Assembly: GCF_018977255.1 (NCBI RefSeq)
Contig: NW_024704749.1
Location: 23,188,001-23,252,000 of the forward strand
Source: Callorhinchus milii
Taxonomy: Eukaryota
Length of the DNA: 64,000 bases
Reading direction: 5' to 3'
Positions 37,660 through 50,681 of the stretch are shown here, in pieces. The position numbers and the translations under genes are program-made. Under the pieces are notes generated by a model. That model was given only the letters and a program-made list of their open reading frames with translations. It searched no databases and was not told where the DNA came from. The first letter of the stretch is position 1, and every line of letters begins with the position of its first letter.

Positions 37660-40122
37660 TGCAGAGATCCTGAAGCAGCCGTCCAGCTGCTCCATGATCG
37701 GCTCTCCTCCACCTTCAACTCTCTCGTCCCCCTGAAATCCAGGACCATTTCCAAACCCACCCGATCCCCCTGGTATAACAGTCATCTCCACTCCCTAAAA
37801 GCCCAAACCCGGCTGCTCGAGCACAGAGGCAGAAAACTGGCCTCACAGTTCATCACCAACTGTGGCTCGAGCATCTCCACAGCTACCGCCATCCTTTGAT
37901 GTGTGCAAAAACGGCCTTCCACTCCAACATCATCTTGGAGGCAAAAAACAATTCCAAAGTCCTTTTTTCCACCATCCACTACCTCCTCCATGCGCCCCTC
38001 AGGCCTCCTCAATCTTCACATCTAATACCAAGTGCGAGGAGGTCATGGACTTCTTTTCAATCAAAATATATAATATCCGCCAGGCAGCCTCATCCTTCTG
38101 CCTCTTGTCACCCACCACCACCTCTCCGTCCCCCTCACCCTCCCACCATCAGTTCCCATCACGGCCCCCACCCAACCTGCATTCCTTCCTCTTCATCTCC
38201 TTCCTCCTTCTCATCCATCATCACTTCGATGAAACCTACCACCTGCTGCCTTGACCGCCTTCCCACTAACTTGCTGGTCACCTAGCTCCCCGTCCTCTGC
38301 CTACTACTGGCTGATGTCATCAACCAGTCCCTCTCCTCCGGATTCGTCCCTGCCTCCCCTCAAAACTGCATCAAAAAACCTTCCCTAGATCCCTCAAATC
38401 CTAGCCACTACCACCCTATTTCAAACTTGCCCTTCCTCGCCAAAGGCCTAGAACGCGTTGTTGCCAATCAACTCCGCGCACAGCTCTCCTCCCACTCCCT
38501 CTTCGAACCCCTCCAGTCCGGCTTCCGCCCTGCCCACAGTACAGAGACTTTGTTTGTGAAAGTCTCAAATGACATCCTCTCTATCTATGACCAGGGTTCC
38601 CTCTGCCTCCTTGTCCGCCTGGGCCTCTCCGCTGCTTTCGACACAGTCGATCACACCGTCCTTCTCCACCGCCTTTCCTCCGTAATCCACCTCAGTGGGA
38701 CCGCAATCGCCTGGTTTGAGTCCTACCTCACGAACCACCAGCAGTACATCTGCACAAACGCTCTCACCCGGGTTACCTGCGGGGTACCCCAAGGATCCAT
38801 CCTTGGCCCCCTCCTCTTCCTAATCTATCTGCTCCCTGTTGGGGATGTTATCCGCAGACATGGGGTACACTTCCACATGTATGAGGACGACACCCAACTC
38901 TATTTTTCCACATCACTTTGCAACCCCCAGTTCCCTGATGTTCTGTCAACTGCCTGTCAGACATCAGGAGCTGGATGAGCGCAAATTTCCTTCAGCTAAA
39001 TGTTGACAAGAGGAAGCCATACTCTTTGGCTCTGATCAACGTCTTAAATCGCATGGTTCTCACCTCCTCCACCTACCCGACCTCCCCCTAAAACTCTCCG
39101 AACCCGTACGCAACCTAGGCATCAGGTTCGACCCCCAATTATCCTTCCTCCCCCACATCCGGTCCCTCACCAGCACAGCTTTCTTCCACCTCAAATGCAT
39201 CGCCCGTCTCCACCAATACCTCGCTCCAAAACCCGCCGCAACCCTGGTCCATGCCTTTGTCACCTCTCGACTGGACTATTCAAATAATAATAATAATAAT
39301 CCTTGCATTTGATATAGCGCTTTTCACGTCAGGAGGACGTCCCAAAGCGCTTCACAGAACACACTGTAAAGTGAATTGACTGTACATTTGTGGGCGAACG
39401 CGGCAGCCAATTGCGCACAGCAATGTCCCACAAACAGTCGTAGATTGAAAATGACCAATTTATTATTGTTTTTGGTTTTGGAGGGATTATTATTAGGCTC
39501 TGTGTGGAGTAAGGAAACTTGCCCAAGGTTTCGCCTGGAATTGAACTCAGGTCTCTCACTTGCAAAGCGAGTGCTCTAACCACTGAGCTACAGGACTCCA
39601 AGTGCCCTCCTTACCAGTCTCCCCTTCGCTACCATTCATAAAATCCAGGTCATCCAGAACTCTGTCGCCCGCACCAAACTCCGGTCCCCGATTACCCCAG
39701 TCCTTGCCAGACTGCACTGGCTGCCCGTCCCAGAGAGGATCGACTTCAAGATCCTCACCCTTGTCTTCAAATCCCTCCACTCTTCTGCACCCCCTACCTT
39801 TCTGACCTCCTCTCTCCTCACAATAGTGTCTGTTGCCTTTGCCCCACGGGTCTGGCCTCTTCCTTGTCCCCCGAATCCTCCACTCCACCATCGGCGGCTG
39901 TGCCTTCAGCCACCCCCCAAGGCTCTGGAACTTCCTTCCTCACTCCCTTCGCCTCGCCCCATCTCTTCCTATTTTCAGGTCTCAGCTGAAGACCCTTCTT
40001 TTCGACTGCGCTTTTGGTCACCTTCTTCCCCCTCCCCCGGCTCGGCCCTAGGATCCGTTACTATGAAGGGCTCTGAGACACCATCTGGTGTGGAGGGCGC
40101 TATATAAATCCAAGTTGTTGTT
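37660..40122 (+). mobile_element. Long degenerate L2 LINE ORF2 (RT domain to 3' tail), split by a SINE
   Basis: PISNLPFLAKGLERVVANQL, QSGFRPAHSTET, LSAAFDTVDH, GVPQGSILGPLLF and YEDDTQLY (decayed YADD); tail ending GTTGTTGTTG. Confidence 0.92.
39283..39599 (-). mobile_element. Full-length tRNA-headed Deu-SINE nested in L2
   Basis: Complete from the (TAA)n tail to GGAATTGAACTCAGG..CCACTGAGCTACAGGACTCC. L2 sequence resumes on both sides. Confidence 0.9.
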
Positions 40123-40124
40123 GT

Positions 40125-40370
40125 AATTGGCAAAAGAAACAGGGAGATGAGGAGAATTTTTTTAAGCAGAGAGTTGAGGTCTGGAATGCACTGCCTGAAA
40201 GGGTAGTGGAAACAGATTCAATAACAACTTTCAAAAGGGAATTTGACAGGTACTTGGACAGAAAAAATTGCAAGGATATGGGGAAAGTGTGGGGAGTGGA
40301 ACTGTTTGGGTAGCTCTTCCAAAGAGTTGGCACAGGCACCCTGGGCCAAATGGCCCTCTTTTGTGCTTTA
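40125..40370 (+). mobile_element. CR1 3' end fragment
   Basis: GTCTGGAATGCACTGCCTGAAAGGGTAGTGGAA..TTCAAAAGGGAATTTGAC CR1 motif. Confidence 0.8.
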
Positions 40371-40689
40371 AAAGTCTGTGCTACAGTCTTGTATTCTTAT
40401 GTATATGTAGTTAAGAGAATTTAAGGAATATATTGGGCATACTGGTACTAGTCTGGCCTAGTTAGCATCCTTTCTCCCACTTTACTGTACTATATTGCAA
40501 AAACGTCAGCAAGTAGTACTCTATTTTTTCTGTTCTTTTAAGGTTCTTAATTTAAGCTTTTTTCAAACCTACATTATTTATTCTTTCGCCTCTTTCCCCC
40601 ATATCACGCATTACTGGATCAAGAACTTTCCATTGGGGGAATTGAAGGCCTGAATCTGTGTCTTTCTGGACTGTGATGTTGATTTACTG

Positions 40690-40950
40690 ACCTGCCTGCT
40701 TTCAGCCTCTCTGCACTCACTCTCTGGAACTCCATTCCACAATCCCTTTGCCTTGCTCCCTCCCTTGCCTCCTTCAAGGCACGATTCAAGACCCTCCTTT
40801 TCGACCGTGCCTTCAGCCGCCCTCCTACCTCTCTGCCCTCCCTTACCCCAACCCTGCTCCCCATGCTCGGGTCCTGATCTCCAACTGTTCAGTGCCTTGG
40901 GATGTCCTCCTGACATGAAAGGCATTTTATAAATGTAATTTTGTTGTTTT
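40690..40950 (+). mobile_element. L2 3' end
   Basis: CTCTGGAACTCC..TTCAAGACCCTCCTTTTCGACC..GGGATGTCCTCCTGACATGAAAGGC tail. Confidence 0.8.
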
Positions 40951-42944
40951 TAAACAAAATTGGAGCCAAGTATAGATGTTTCATCTTCAACAAAATTTAG
41001 ATAGTTTAGGTACTGAACAAAAAATTCAGTAATCAATGATTGCTTTCATTTTTTAATACATTTTAGATAATTTTATACAAATATTATGCAGCGTGCAAAA
41101 ATTTGGAAATTGTGGCCTGTGTTGTGTGATAAGACAATAAAATTATATCAAAGGCAAATGTAAAAACTTAAGCGTTTAATTTAGTTTATTTACAGTACTA
41201 GACATGATTGTTGCTTTGTTTTTTGTTTTAAACTTAACCATGGATTTCATGACAAACTTGATGAATGCTCTATTTCCTGAGAGAGGTTGATTATGTGTTG
41301 CCCACTTCTCATCAGCATCCTTTTTATTGCATTAATTAATGTCTAGATTTAAGTGAAGTGGACTGCTGAAGATTGATCCTACTAAAAGGGAGAAGTTCCA
41401 CCTGTTTAGACATACAATACTCGTTTTCTTAGCACTTTAGAGTGTACAGAATTTGAAATTCTGGAAATCGGTCTCAACTCTGAAGCAGTTTTTCTCTCAT
41501 CCTCGAAAGGACTTGCAGAAAACTGCCTTATAAATTAAGGCTATATTTAAGAATGCTCAGGAAATACTAAGGAAATAGAGTAAATTTTGACCCGGGTGGA
41601 ATTTCTACTCCTTTGGTCTTGTGTAGTTTGCCAGTAGTTCCCATTAATTAACTTTTGTTAATAGTATAGCTGGAAGATGTTTAACCAATTAGCAGCTGAA
41701 ATATGCACTGTGACCTATTGTATCATTAGAATGCTCAGTAACATCTGAGGTTATTTATTCCCACATCAGATCGGAGATGCTTGCCTCGTTTATGCTAGGT
41801 TTCCTTAAGTGATTATATGACTTGGGCTAATCCCAAGTATAAACTTGGTAATTATATTCTGTTGAAATTGTTTTGACCTGAACTAAAGTGTTTGCTCCTG
41901 TTATACTTACTGCTGCCTTAATTTTACTTAATATAACAAATGGTGTACCTCATGCTCTTCTGGGACGTCCTCCTGACGTGAAAGGCGCTTTATAAATGGA
42001 ATCTTGTTGTTGTTGTTGTTGCTTCACAACCAAGTTAAACTCCTATCAGGGTGGGAATCCTTAATCTAAACTATAATAAATGCAAATCACTGCAATGTAT
42101 GTTTCCAAAAATATTTGCTGTATATCATATTTTCATGAAATAAGAATTTGTAGATTTATAAATTGGTCAGATTCAAATTATTTCACAGATGAGAGATTTA
42201 GAGCACAGTTTATTATTTGGTGTTTGTAGAATTCCAATTATCATTGTTACCACTGCCCGTTAACCTTTTTTTGATAACAGCGATATTTTTATCTTGCGTT
42301 TAAGCTGGAGTCACACTTGTGCAGCACTGCAAAGGTTGCGAAGCGTAAGAAGTATGGATACACATTCCCATGCATGTACCACCTACCTATAAAATACCCT
42401 CCCATACATTCACTCTAGTTTCATCCTGAAGGAAACTGGACCAATTAAAAAGGCACTGTATTGCTCTTATTTTTTTCTTAAATAACAACTTTGATGAGGG
42501 ATGGATTACTATTTTATTTGAAAAAAAATTAATCGTAACCAATTTATATATTAAATGTGCTGGCAGGCAAACTGCAGTTTTTATATTTTTTAGGAAAAGC
42601 TATTTAAAATAATATTGGAACTTTGGAGGACATCTCAAAGCACTTTACAGGATTTCACAGTAATGTGCGGTGATTCTGTATTTTGTGGGCAAACATGGCA
42701 GACAATTGTGCACAAATGTTTAATGTCTCATCTAAAGAATGGCATTTGCAACAATGCATCTCTCCTCCAGCACTGTATTAGAGTGTCAATCTAGACTTGA
42801 GTTCCGATGTGGGACTTGAATCCACAACCTTGTAACTCGGAGGTGAAGGTGTTACAACTGAGCCAGGTTGACACCATCTAGCTGAAGGGTTGCTGGTGTT
42901 GACGAGATTCAATTTTTATTCTTACCACAGTCCTAAATTCATGA

Positions 42945-43256
42945 TGATAATAATAATTCTTGTATTTGATATAGTGCTTTTCATATCTAGATGTCTCAAA
43001 GCACTTCACACAATATACTGTAAAGTGAATTGACTGTATATTTGTGGGTGAAACGTGGCAGCCAATTGTGCACAGCAATGTCCCACAAACAGTCGTGGAT
43101 TGAAGTGACCAATTTATTATTGTTTTTTTTTTCTTGAGGGATTATTATTAGGTGAGTGGAGTAAGGAAATTTGTCCAAGGTTTCAATCTGCTGGGAATTG
43201 AACCCAGGTCTCTCGCTTGCAAAGTGGACATTCTAACCACTGAGCTACAGGGCTTC
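42945..43256 (-). mobile_element. tRNA-headed Deu-SINE (short subfamily)
   Basis: Same head, core and tail as 39283-39599. Confidence 0.85.
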
Positions 43257-46009
43257 CATAGGATAATAGATAGCAACATGAAGTGAGAAACCATTGCCAT
43301 TTTACTTGATGCCTTCAGAGGGGCTCTTTGTACAAATGTGCACTTTATGCATGAGAGTCTGAAGAATAATAGGGCTGTGCCAACTGATTTTATTATTGTC
43401 ATTAAATGCTGTCAATTATTGGAACAACTAATTAAATCTTTGGGTGCATTAAATAATCATAAAAATGGTACACTTTCATGGTTGGCTGAGGATTTAATGC
43501 CCCATGCTATAATGTGCTTCTGCCATGTTAGAATAAACCCGGCTCATTTAGATGTAGTTTTTCAATTTGCATATTTTAGCATAAGATTTAATAGCTGAAA
43601 GCTTGAAATACATTGAAGAACTTATTTTGCCATACCATGCTTGGTGTGGTCTGTAGAACTGGATCAGACTGTCATGACTAGACCAGCTGGTTAGGGCTTT
43701 TGATGAATACTTTATTAAATAATTGGCTAAGATTTGCAAATAATTTTTGAATCCAGTAAAATTGCAGTAACAAATCCTTGTTTTGTGAATTTGTCTTTTT
43801 GGCTATATTGCATCAGATCAACAGTTTGACAGGCATTGTGGATTAGGATTGGAAAGATTACCAACAAAAACAAATAAATCAGTGGAATAAGACTGTACCC
43901 ATCATTTTAGTACTAAAGCTAATCCTCATATTTTGTACAGATCCTCACTTCAACAGATTTTGCATCAATTCCTAGCATGTGTAGAGGATACTACATTGGC
44001 AGCAGTGCATTATTGGATGTATTTACGAATGTGAAACAAGCAGAATTCAGCAAAGTTCAGGCATGAGTGCCTTTTTTAACATCTTTCTCATGAGTGAAAT
44101 AAACCCAGGACTGAATGAAAAACCTAGTGTGTATTGTTCTATTGAAATGTTTTTCCCGTGTCTGCCTCAAGTAAAGTCTGATTTGTTTAAAACGGGTATA
44201 CAGTATTTTACACACTTTTTGAAAATCATCTACGTTGATGGAATATTGGTAGCTCCACAATGCTTCTGCTATTATTGCTCCTTGGTCTTGTAATCAGTGA
44301 AAGTAAAGATGCTTATGGTCTGGGTCAGAGTAAATTTGACAATTTCAGAAAATCTATATTAAAAAACTTAATTTGATGGATACTGTGTAGAATGTGTTTG
44401 ATTTGTCAATTTTTGGCATTTCTCTAAACAAGAGTTTTTTCTATTTTATGTTGTTGGGTTTCACATAGTGAGGGAAGCTTCATATTGCTTGCAGGATGCC
44501 AGGTTTGTGGCATGGTCACTTCAGTAACAAGCGTGCAAGGTCAAGACTAAGTAATTTTGCATGGTTATGTAATGTATACTAAACACAGTGTCTTGGTAAT
44601 CAAGCACAGATTTCTGTAGCGGATGTCTGATTAATCCTGTTGTATGAATGTCATTGAACATCAGTGATATGGAGAATACCGACAGTTGGGAGTTTGCATC
44701 TCCAGCTCGTACAAATGGCCCTGGAGTTGAAAGCGACTGCTGCAGGAATATAAAAGCCCATGTATTGCAAAAAANTAGACATCATCTGTCAGTGTCAAAA
44801 AGTGAATTGCAAATCGGTAATCTGATCTTTGGGTTAAAATGACTTACTTTTGAGATTTGTAATATTCCTTGTTAGCTATGATCCTCTGTGTGTTGTGCTG
44901 GAATTCCTTTTGGATTTCCTTTTGACTCCTTTTGAACTCCATTCCACAGTTTCTTCACCTTACTCCCTCCCTTCCTTCAAGGCAAATCTCAAGACTCACC
45001 TCTTCTACAGCCCCTTTGGTCACCCTCCTACCCCTACCCTCCACCCCTCCTGTTCCTAACCCCCTGCTTGGGTCCAAATCCTTGACTGTCCAGTGCTTTG
45101 GGGCGTACTCCTGACGCGAAAGGGCTGTATACATGTGATTTGTTGTTGTTCTAAAGATAGAATTTGCTGTGATACTATACACTGCACCATCAAGTTCAAT
45201 GTCTCCATCTGCTTTATTCCTTTTGTTTCACCTGCATCTTTGATTGTATTTGCTGCATAATGTGGAAGGGTCACATTTATGTAATGTTTCATACATTTGA
45301 TTCACATAAGGGTGGTGTGTTGTGGTTGTAATTTAAACCAAGAGCCACGATGATCATAAACCGTTTTTGATCTTTGCGCTTGTGATTTATTCAGGGTCAC
45401 AAAATAACTAGTGGCTTTTTAACTAGCTGCCAGACATCCATTATCCTATACTTTTACTGTAGTAAATTACTAAAAACTATGAAAGTAAAAATGGACAGCA
45501 AAGTGTGTTGGTTCGACAAGTTCCCACTCTTTTTTTAAAAAAATAACTTATCAGAAACTGGACCATTTAGGCTGCCACAGAGGATTTTATTCAGATTGCC
45601 AGGCATTGCACCTTAGATCCACTCCCAGTCACAAGTAGGTCATTGGATATCCAACAAGGACATGTTTGAGCCCTCACTAGAAGGATAGCAGGTACCAGTA
45701 ACTCTTGTAAACCTCTTGGTGCGCAGCATAACTCAGCATGAAAGCATTACCACCATCTTCCTGGCCTCAGCTTGGACACATCCATGCCCATCTTGTTAGC
45801 AAATGCTTATTCTTGTTCTACATCTGAAGAGGTAAGAGAAAATCTCTCAGAGGAAGAACTGTTCTTTTTCCAGCGTGTGTGTGTATATGTAACTGTAGAA
45901 ACGACCATGTAAGAAGCCCCGAGTTCTGTGGTTCAAAAATACAGAAGCCTCAGTGATCTAATTATTCAGTTAAATGATCACTGAGCATGTAATTTTGTAG
46001 CATTTATCA

Positions 46010-46345
46010 ATAATAATAATCTTGCATTTCGTATAGCGTCATCACAGAATATACTGTAAAGTGAACTGACTGTATTTTGTGAGCGAAACGTGGCAGCCAA
46101 TTGCACACAGCAGTGTCCCACAGTCAGTTGTAGATTGAAGTGACCAATTTATTATTTTTTTGAAGGAATTATTACCCCCGGAAAGGTGATCCGCCAATCA
46201 ACTAACAACCGGGTTCCTAATTACTGCTAGGTAAACAGAGACGTGTGGAGCAAGGAAACTGCCCAAAATTTCGCCCTGCCAGGAATCGTACCCAGGTCTC
46301 TCACTTGTGAGGCAAGGGCTCTAACCATTGAGCTACAGGACTCCA
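46010..46345 (-). mobile_element. tRNA-headed Deu-SINE (long subfamily)
   Basis: (TAA)n tail through to CCATTGAGCTACAGGACTCC head. Confidence 0.85.
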
Positions 46346-49300
46346 ATGTGTGGTTTGCTTAGGAAATTTGGAGGTTTGATCAGCATCTACTGTCATCAAG
46401 GATTAGCAGATGAATTGATGATAATTAAGGCATTCACTGGATTATAATCTTGATGGATAAACTGAGATGTTTTGACCTTGTTTTTTTTTTGCAATTCTTG
46501 AGATTGTGAGTAGTTGTATTTAATAAACTGAATTTTAATTTGTGATTTGATTGGGAGTATCTGTGATTTTCATGTTAATCCATAGAATTCTAGTTGAAAT
46601 TAAAACTTTTTTTAAATATACATTTTTGCAGACTATTTTGCTACAGTTGACATAGACTATACATAATTGCTTGGCCTTAATCATGTTGCTGGTAAACTAA
46701 CTAGGTCCGACAGTTCAACGTGCATTGAATCGCGGGAAACGTAGTCTTGATCCATCAATGCATGTACACTTACTAGCTGCAGTGAACTACCACATGTGCA
46801 CTTGCTGACTGCATTGATTTACACACGCACAATGTCGATTATTGATTCAATCGGATTTTACATGACTTATACAAGTTTGTCTGTAACTCGGTCTTCGCAT
46901 ATTAAATGTTATGGTCCTGACTGATGATAATAGTAATCCTTACATTTGATATAGCGCCTTATCACGTCTTTGATACATCTCAAAGTGCTTCACAGAATAT
47001 ACTGTGAACTGAATTGACTGGATATTTTGTGGGAGAAAAAACCATATGGTACAGCCTGTTCTTTCCCCAAAGCTCGCAAAGCCTACCTTGTTGTGAACAC
47101 TGTCCACCATTTGTACTTCTGCTTGTTTATTAATACCGCTCTAACAAGGGCTAAATTTTTGTAATATGTGATTCTATTTGCACAAAGAAAAGCTTAGAAA
47201 CATCTCCATTTAAATGGTTACTCTGTCATTTTTTTTATCCCCTTCCCTTGTGCCTTGCTTAGTCTTTTTTGAAGTGTGCAGGGCCCATTGCCAGTGGTGA
47301 GCAGGGGACACGTGGAGCTTGTCATTTCTCAAATGCACTTAAAGTTCGCCCACAAAATAGTCAATCAATTTTACAGTATATCCTGTGAAGCACATTGAGA
47401 CGTCTCAAAGACACGATAAGGCGCAATATCAAATGCAGGGATTATTATGTCACTGTATGGCAATTACACTATGTAGTCCACAGAGGGATTTCGGCTTGCA
47501 GAAGAGCATGAAAATATGAGGTACCAACTCCAGTATGAGTTCTTGATTTAATTTAATTATCAAATTGCCACACAATCCAAATAGTGTTTTTTTAATAATA
47601 ATCCTTGCATTTTATAATAAAAAAAATTGTGGTCAATATTATGTATGATTGATGGGTTTCTGCATGTGTGAGAGACCCAGCTGACCAAATAATTTCTTTC
47701 TCAATTCTATAGTGAGAATTGTACAGATCATTTTCGTTACATACAAGTGAATTCAGAGCAATGCTTTTAATGATCCAAGATTATTGCTACAGAAAGAATT
47801 GTAAGTCAATGTAAGTTAATGGTCGGGGCTACCTAGGTGAAGAGCTTTGCTAAGTTTTCAGTTGTTTCATTAACTCAATGATCAACCGACCTATTAAAAA
47901 TGACACTACTAAAGACATTTTGTTCAGATATTTCACAATAGTGATCAAGAGCTGTACAGAACCTCGGTAAAACCTGCACTTGATAAACATTAACATAGTA
48001 TTTCTCTCTCATCTCCCTGTTTTTTGGTTCTAATGGAAATAAAAATTTGTGCCTAAAAGGCTAGTGTGGAATCCTGCTCCAAGATGTTCTGTACTGCTAT
48101 ATAATGGACCATGGGTTACAGATTGTGGCCCAGGGTGATTTGCCCTCTAGTTTTCTAAGCACGTGCTTGACTTCAACTTAGTGCCCTTCTGTGCTTTTGC
48201 TGGCTTAGCTGTGCAGAAAATGGCTGCATTTTGTTTTTCCTTATTCAGTTCTCCAGGTATAGCCTGATGTGCATTTATTCTACCACACCTTGGCACAGCA
48301 GGTTAGAGTTGCCATGGAGAAAAATTAAATGAATGCAATAGGATTTCATTTGATAGTTTCCCGACCTCCACCCCACACCAAATGGGCTGCAGATTTTTAA
48401 TTTTACACATTGAAGGAAAATCCAACAAGAAGTAGCTTACTTTTCTAAATGTATAGGTTGGGATAAATCAACTTATGGTATATTATCGCAGGAACACTGC
48501 AGACTAGAATTTAGAGCACACCAGTGGGTGGTTTTATTTCTCTTTTGAGACCATTTTACTTGTACCAGCACAAGTTTCCCCCCCACCACCACACTGCTGT
48601 AGTGTAAGTGAGCTTTAATCACTTGCACCTAGCCTTTCTCCTCTACATGGGTCTAAGATTTGTGTTCTCCCAGTTTCAGCTGACCCTACTCTATGTGGCA
48701 CCATGTCTCATTGTTTCCTGTTGCTTCATCAAATATTATTATCAATTTCTTACCTATCCTGCTTTTATTTGCCTACAGTTGTCACCAACTCTCCTATCCA
48801 ACGCATATCAAATGCAAGGCTTATATTATTATCTGCTAGCCTTCACAACCTGTCTATTTTCCTTCCTGTCTCACAAACCTCTCATTTTGGCTTTATATAC
48901 TGTTATCAGAGTTACATTGATTACAGTGTACTGAACCCAGAAAGAACACAACTTTGTAAGGAATGTTTTACTAGTTTTTAAAAATATAATTGTGTGATCA
49001 GTTTAGGTAACCAGATTCTCATTTCAGTCACTCTCGAGGCTATTGCTGCGTATTAATCCACCTTCAGGTTTAGACAAACCAGTGTAATGTTTGACTTTTC
49101 TCCTTTGTGCTTTATGTAGATTGTGCACACATGTCAAACAATCCCAATGTACAAGAAAATCTAAGTTTTCTGGACTGAACTCCAAGGGTTCTTTCTGCTC
49201 ACCCTATGATGGTATTCCCGTTCAGTTAATGATGCTTCAACTCAAGTGCAGTAGTTTAATTTGTTTAGATATTTAAAACAAGTCCTATCTGGCATGATAA

Positions 49301-50379
49301 TTAGTGTTGCTGGGAAAGTAAAGTGCTCTTTGTGTTACACTTGAAATATTTATTCAAGCTAAAAATACCAGTTTCTCACTAGCACTGAGAAGTACCAGAG
49401 GTTTGTCTTTTTAAAGCCATAAATTATGCATAAACTGATATTATTTCTAGTAAATGCAATGCTCATGTTAAAATTGAGCACTTCTGTCAAATGTTCCCTG
49501 CAATCAAGTGCTTACATTTTTTAAAAAATCTGAAATGAAGAAAAGGTTTGAAAGCAGGATTGGGAGTTCTTGAATATTCCTGAAATTCTGAAGCTCAGAA
49601 ACTGGATATAACATAAATAAATATATTTATACATTGTAATTACACTCTGGTGCTTTCACTCTCACTTTCACTCCCACTTTCACTCTTGTGCTTCTAGCTT
49701 CTAGGCCCCGAATCTCTGGAACTCCTTGCCTGAATCCCTCTGACTTGCCCTCTCTTTGCCTGTCTTCAAATCACTCCTAAAGACTTTCCTCTTTGACTGT
49801 ACCTGCGGTCACCTGCCCTCTCTTTCCAGCTCGGTGTCAAACCACATTGCTGTTAAGCGTTCAGACATTACCAGCGTGATTGGTGCTACATTGCTCAATT
49901 TCCATATATACATATACATATAGCAATTTTCATTTGAATATTTAAGTATTTTCCTTGCAAGAAACCAATGGAGAACTTCAATACAGGCAATGTGGGACTG
50001 TGGCATGTGCACTGTAATACAGCGATGGTTGCATGTTAGTTACAAGTGATTTATGTAATTGAAGGGAGGAGAGATATCCTTGTGGTTTACAGTGCAATAG
50101 GAATGCTGTAATTTATGTAACTAGCTTAGCTGTGTTGCCAACTCCATGCTGGTACAATAGCTTTTCTAAAACATAAATTGCCTGTTGCGGGATGGAAAAT
50201 GCCCCCAGCTAGTGTGACTGAGGAAAATCAAGTTATTGGTCACACATGTTATCAATCATTCCAAGAATGGTTTCACTGTTTTCCTTTGTGGGATTAATTA
50301 AATGGATGGTTGTGCTTTGTATATTACTGCATATGGCCATGTGAACCAAAACACGGGTTCACGTACTTGAACATGAACC

Positions 50380-50628
50380 AGCGGCCTTCAGCCTCTCCTC
50401 CCCCACCTTTTGGAGCTCCATCCCACAGTCCCTTTGCCTTGCTCCCTTCGTTGCCTCTTTCAAGGCCCGTCTCAAGACCCTCCTCTTTGACCACTCTCCT
50501 ACCCCTCGCCTCCCTGCCCTTCGCCTCTCCTGATCCCAACCCCCAGCTTGGGTCCAAATCCTGATCAGCACTTTGGGATGTCCTCCCGAAGTGAAAGATG
50601 CTATACAAATGTAATTTATTGTTGTTGT
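50380..50628 (+). mobile_element. L2 3' end immediately upstream of the first SCAI coding exon
   Basis: L2 tail GGGATGTCCTCCCGAAGTGAAAG..TGTTGTTGTT, ending ~37 nt before the acceptor. Confidence 0.8.
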
Positions 50629-50681
50629 TAAACATACTCATGGAAAGTTTATTATTCATTTTCAGCAACCAGAAAGGAGCA

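Noticed and set aside
38427-38978. 183-aa reverse transcriptase ORF as an active gene
   Set aside because: Fragment of a decayed L2 with frameshifts, stops and YEDD in place of YADD.
39530-39599. tRNA-Ala(TGC)-like sequences (also ~1298, 15522, 43190, 46280, 63075)
   Set aside because: Each continues into a SINE body and lacks a proper acceptor stem, so these are SINE heads rather than tRNA genes.
44775-44775. Single N base
   Set aside because: Assembly ambiguity; no biological inference possible.
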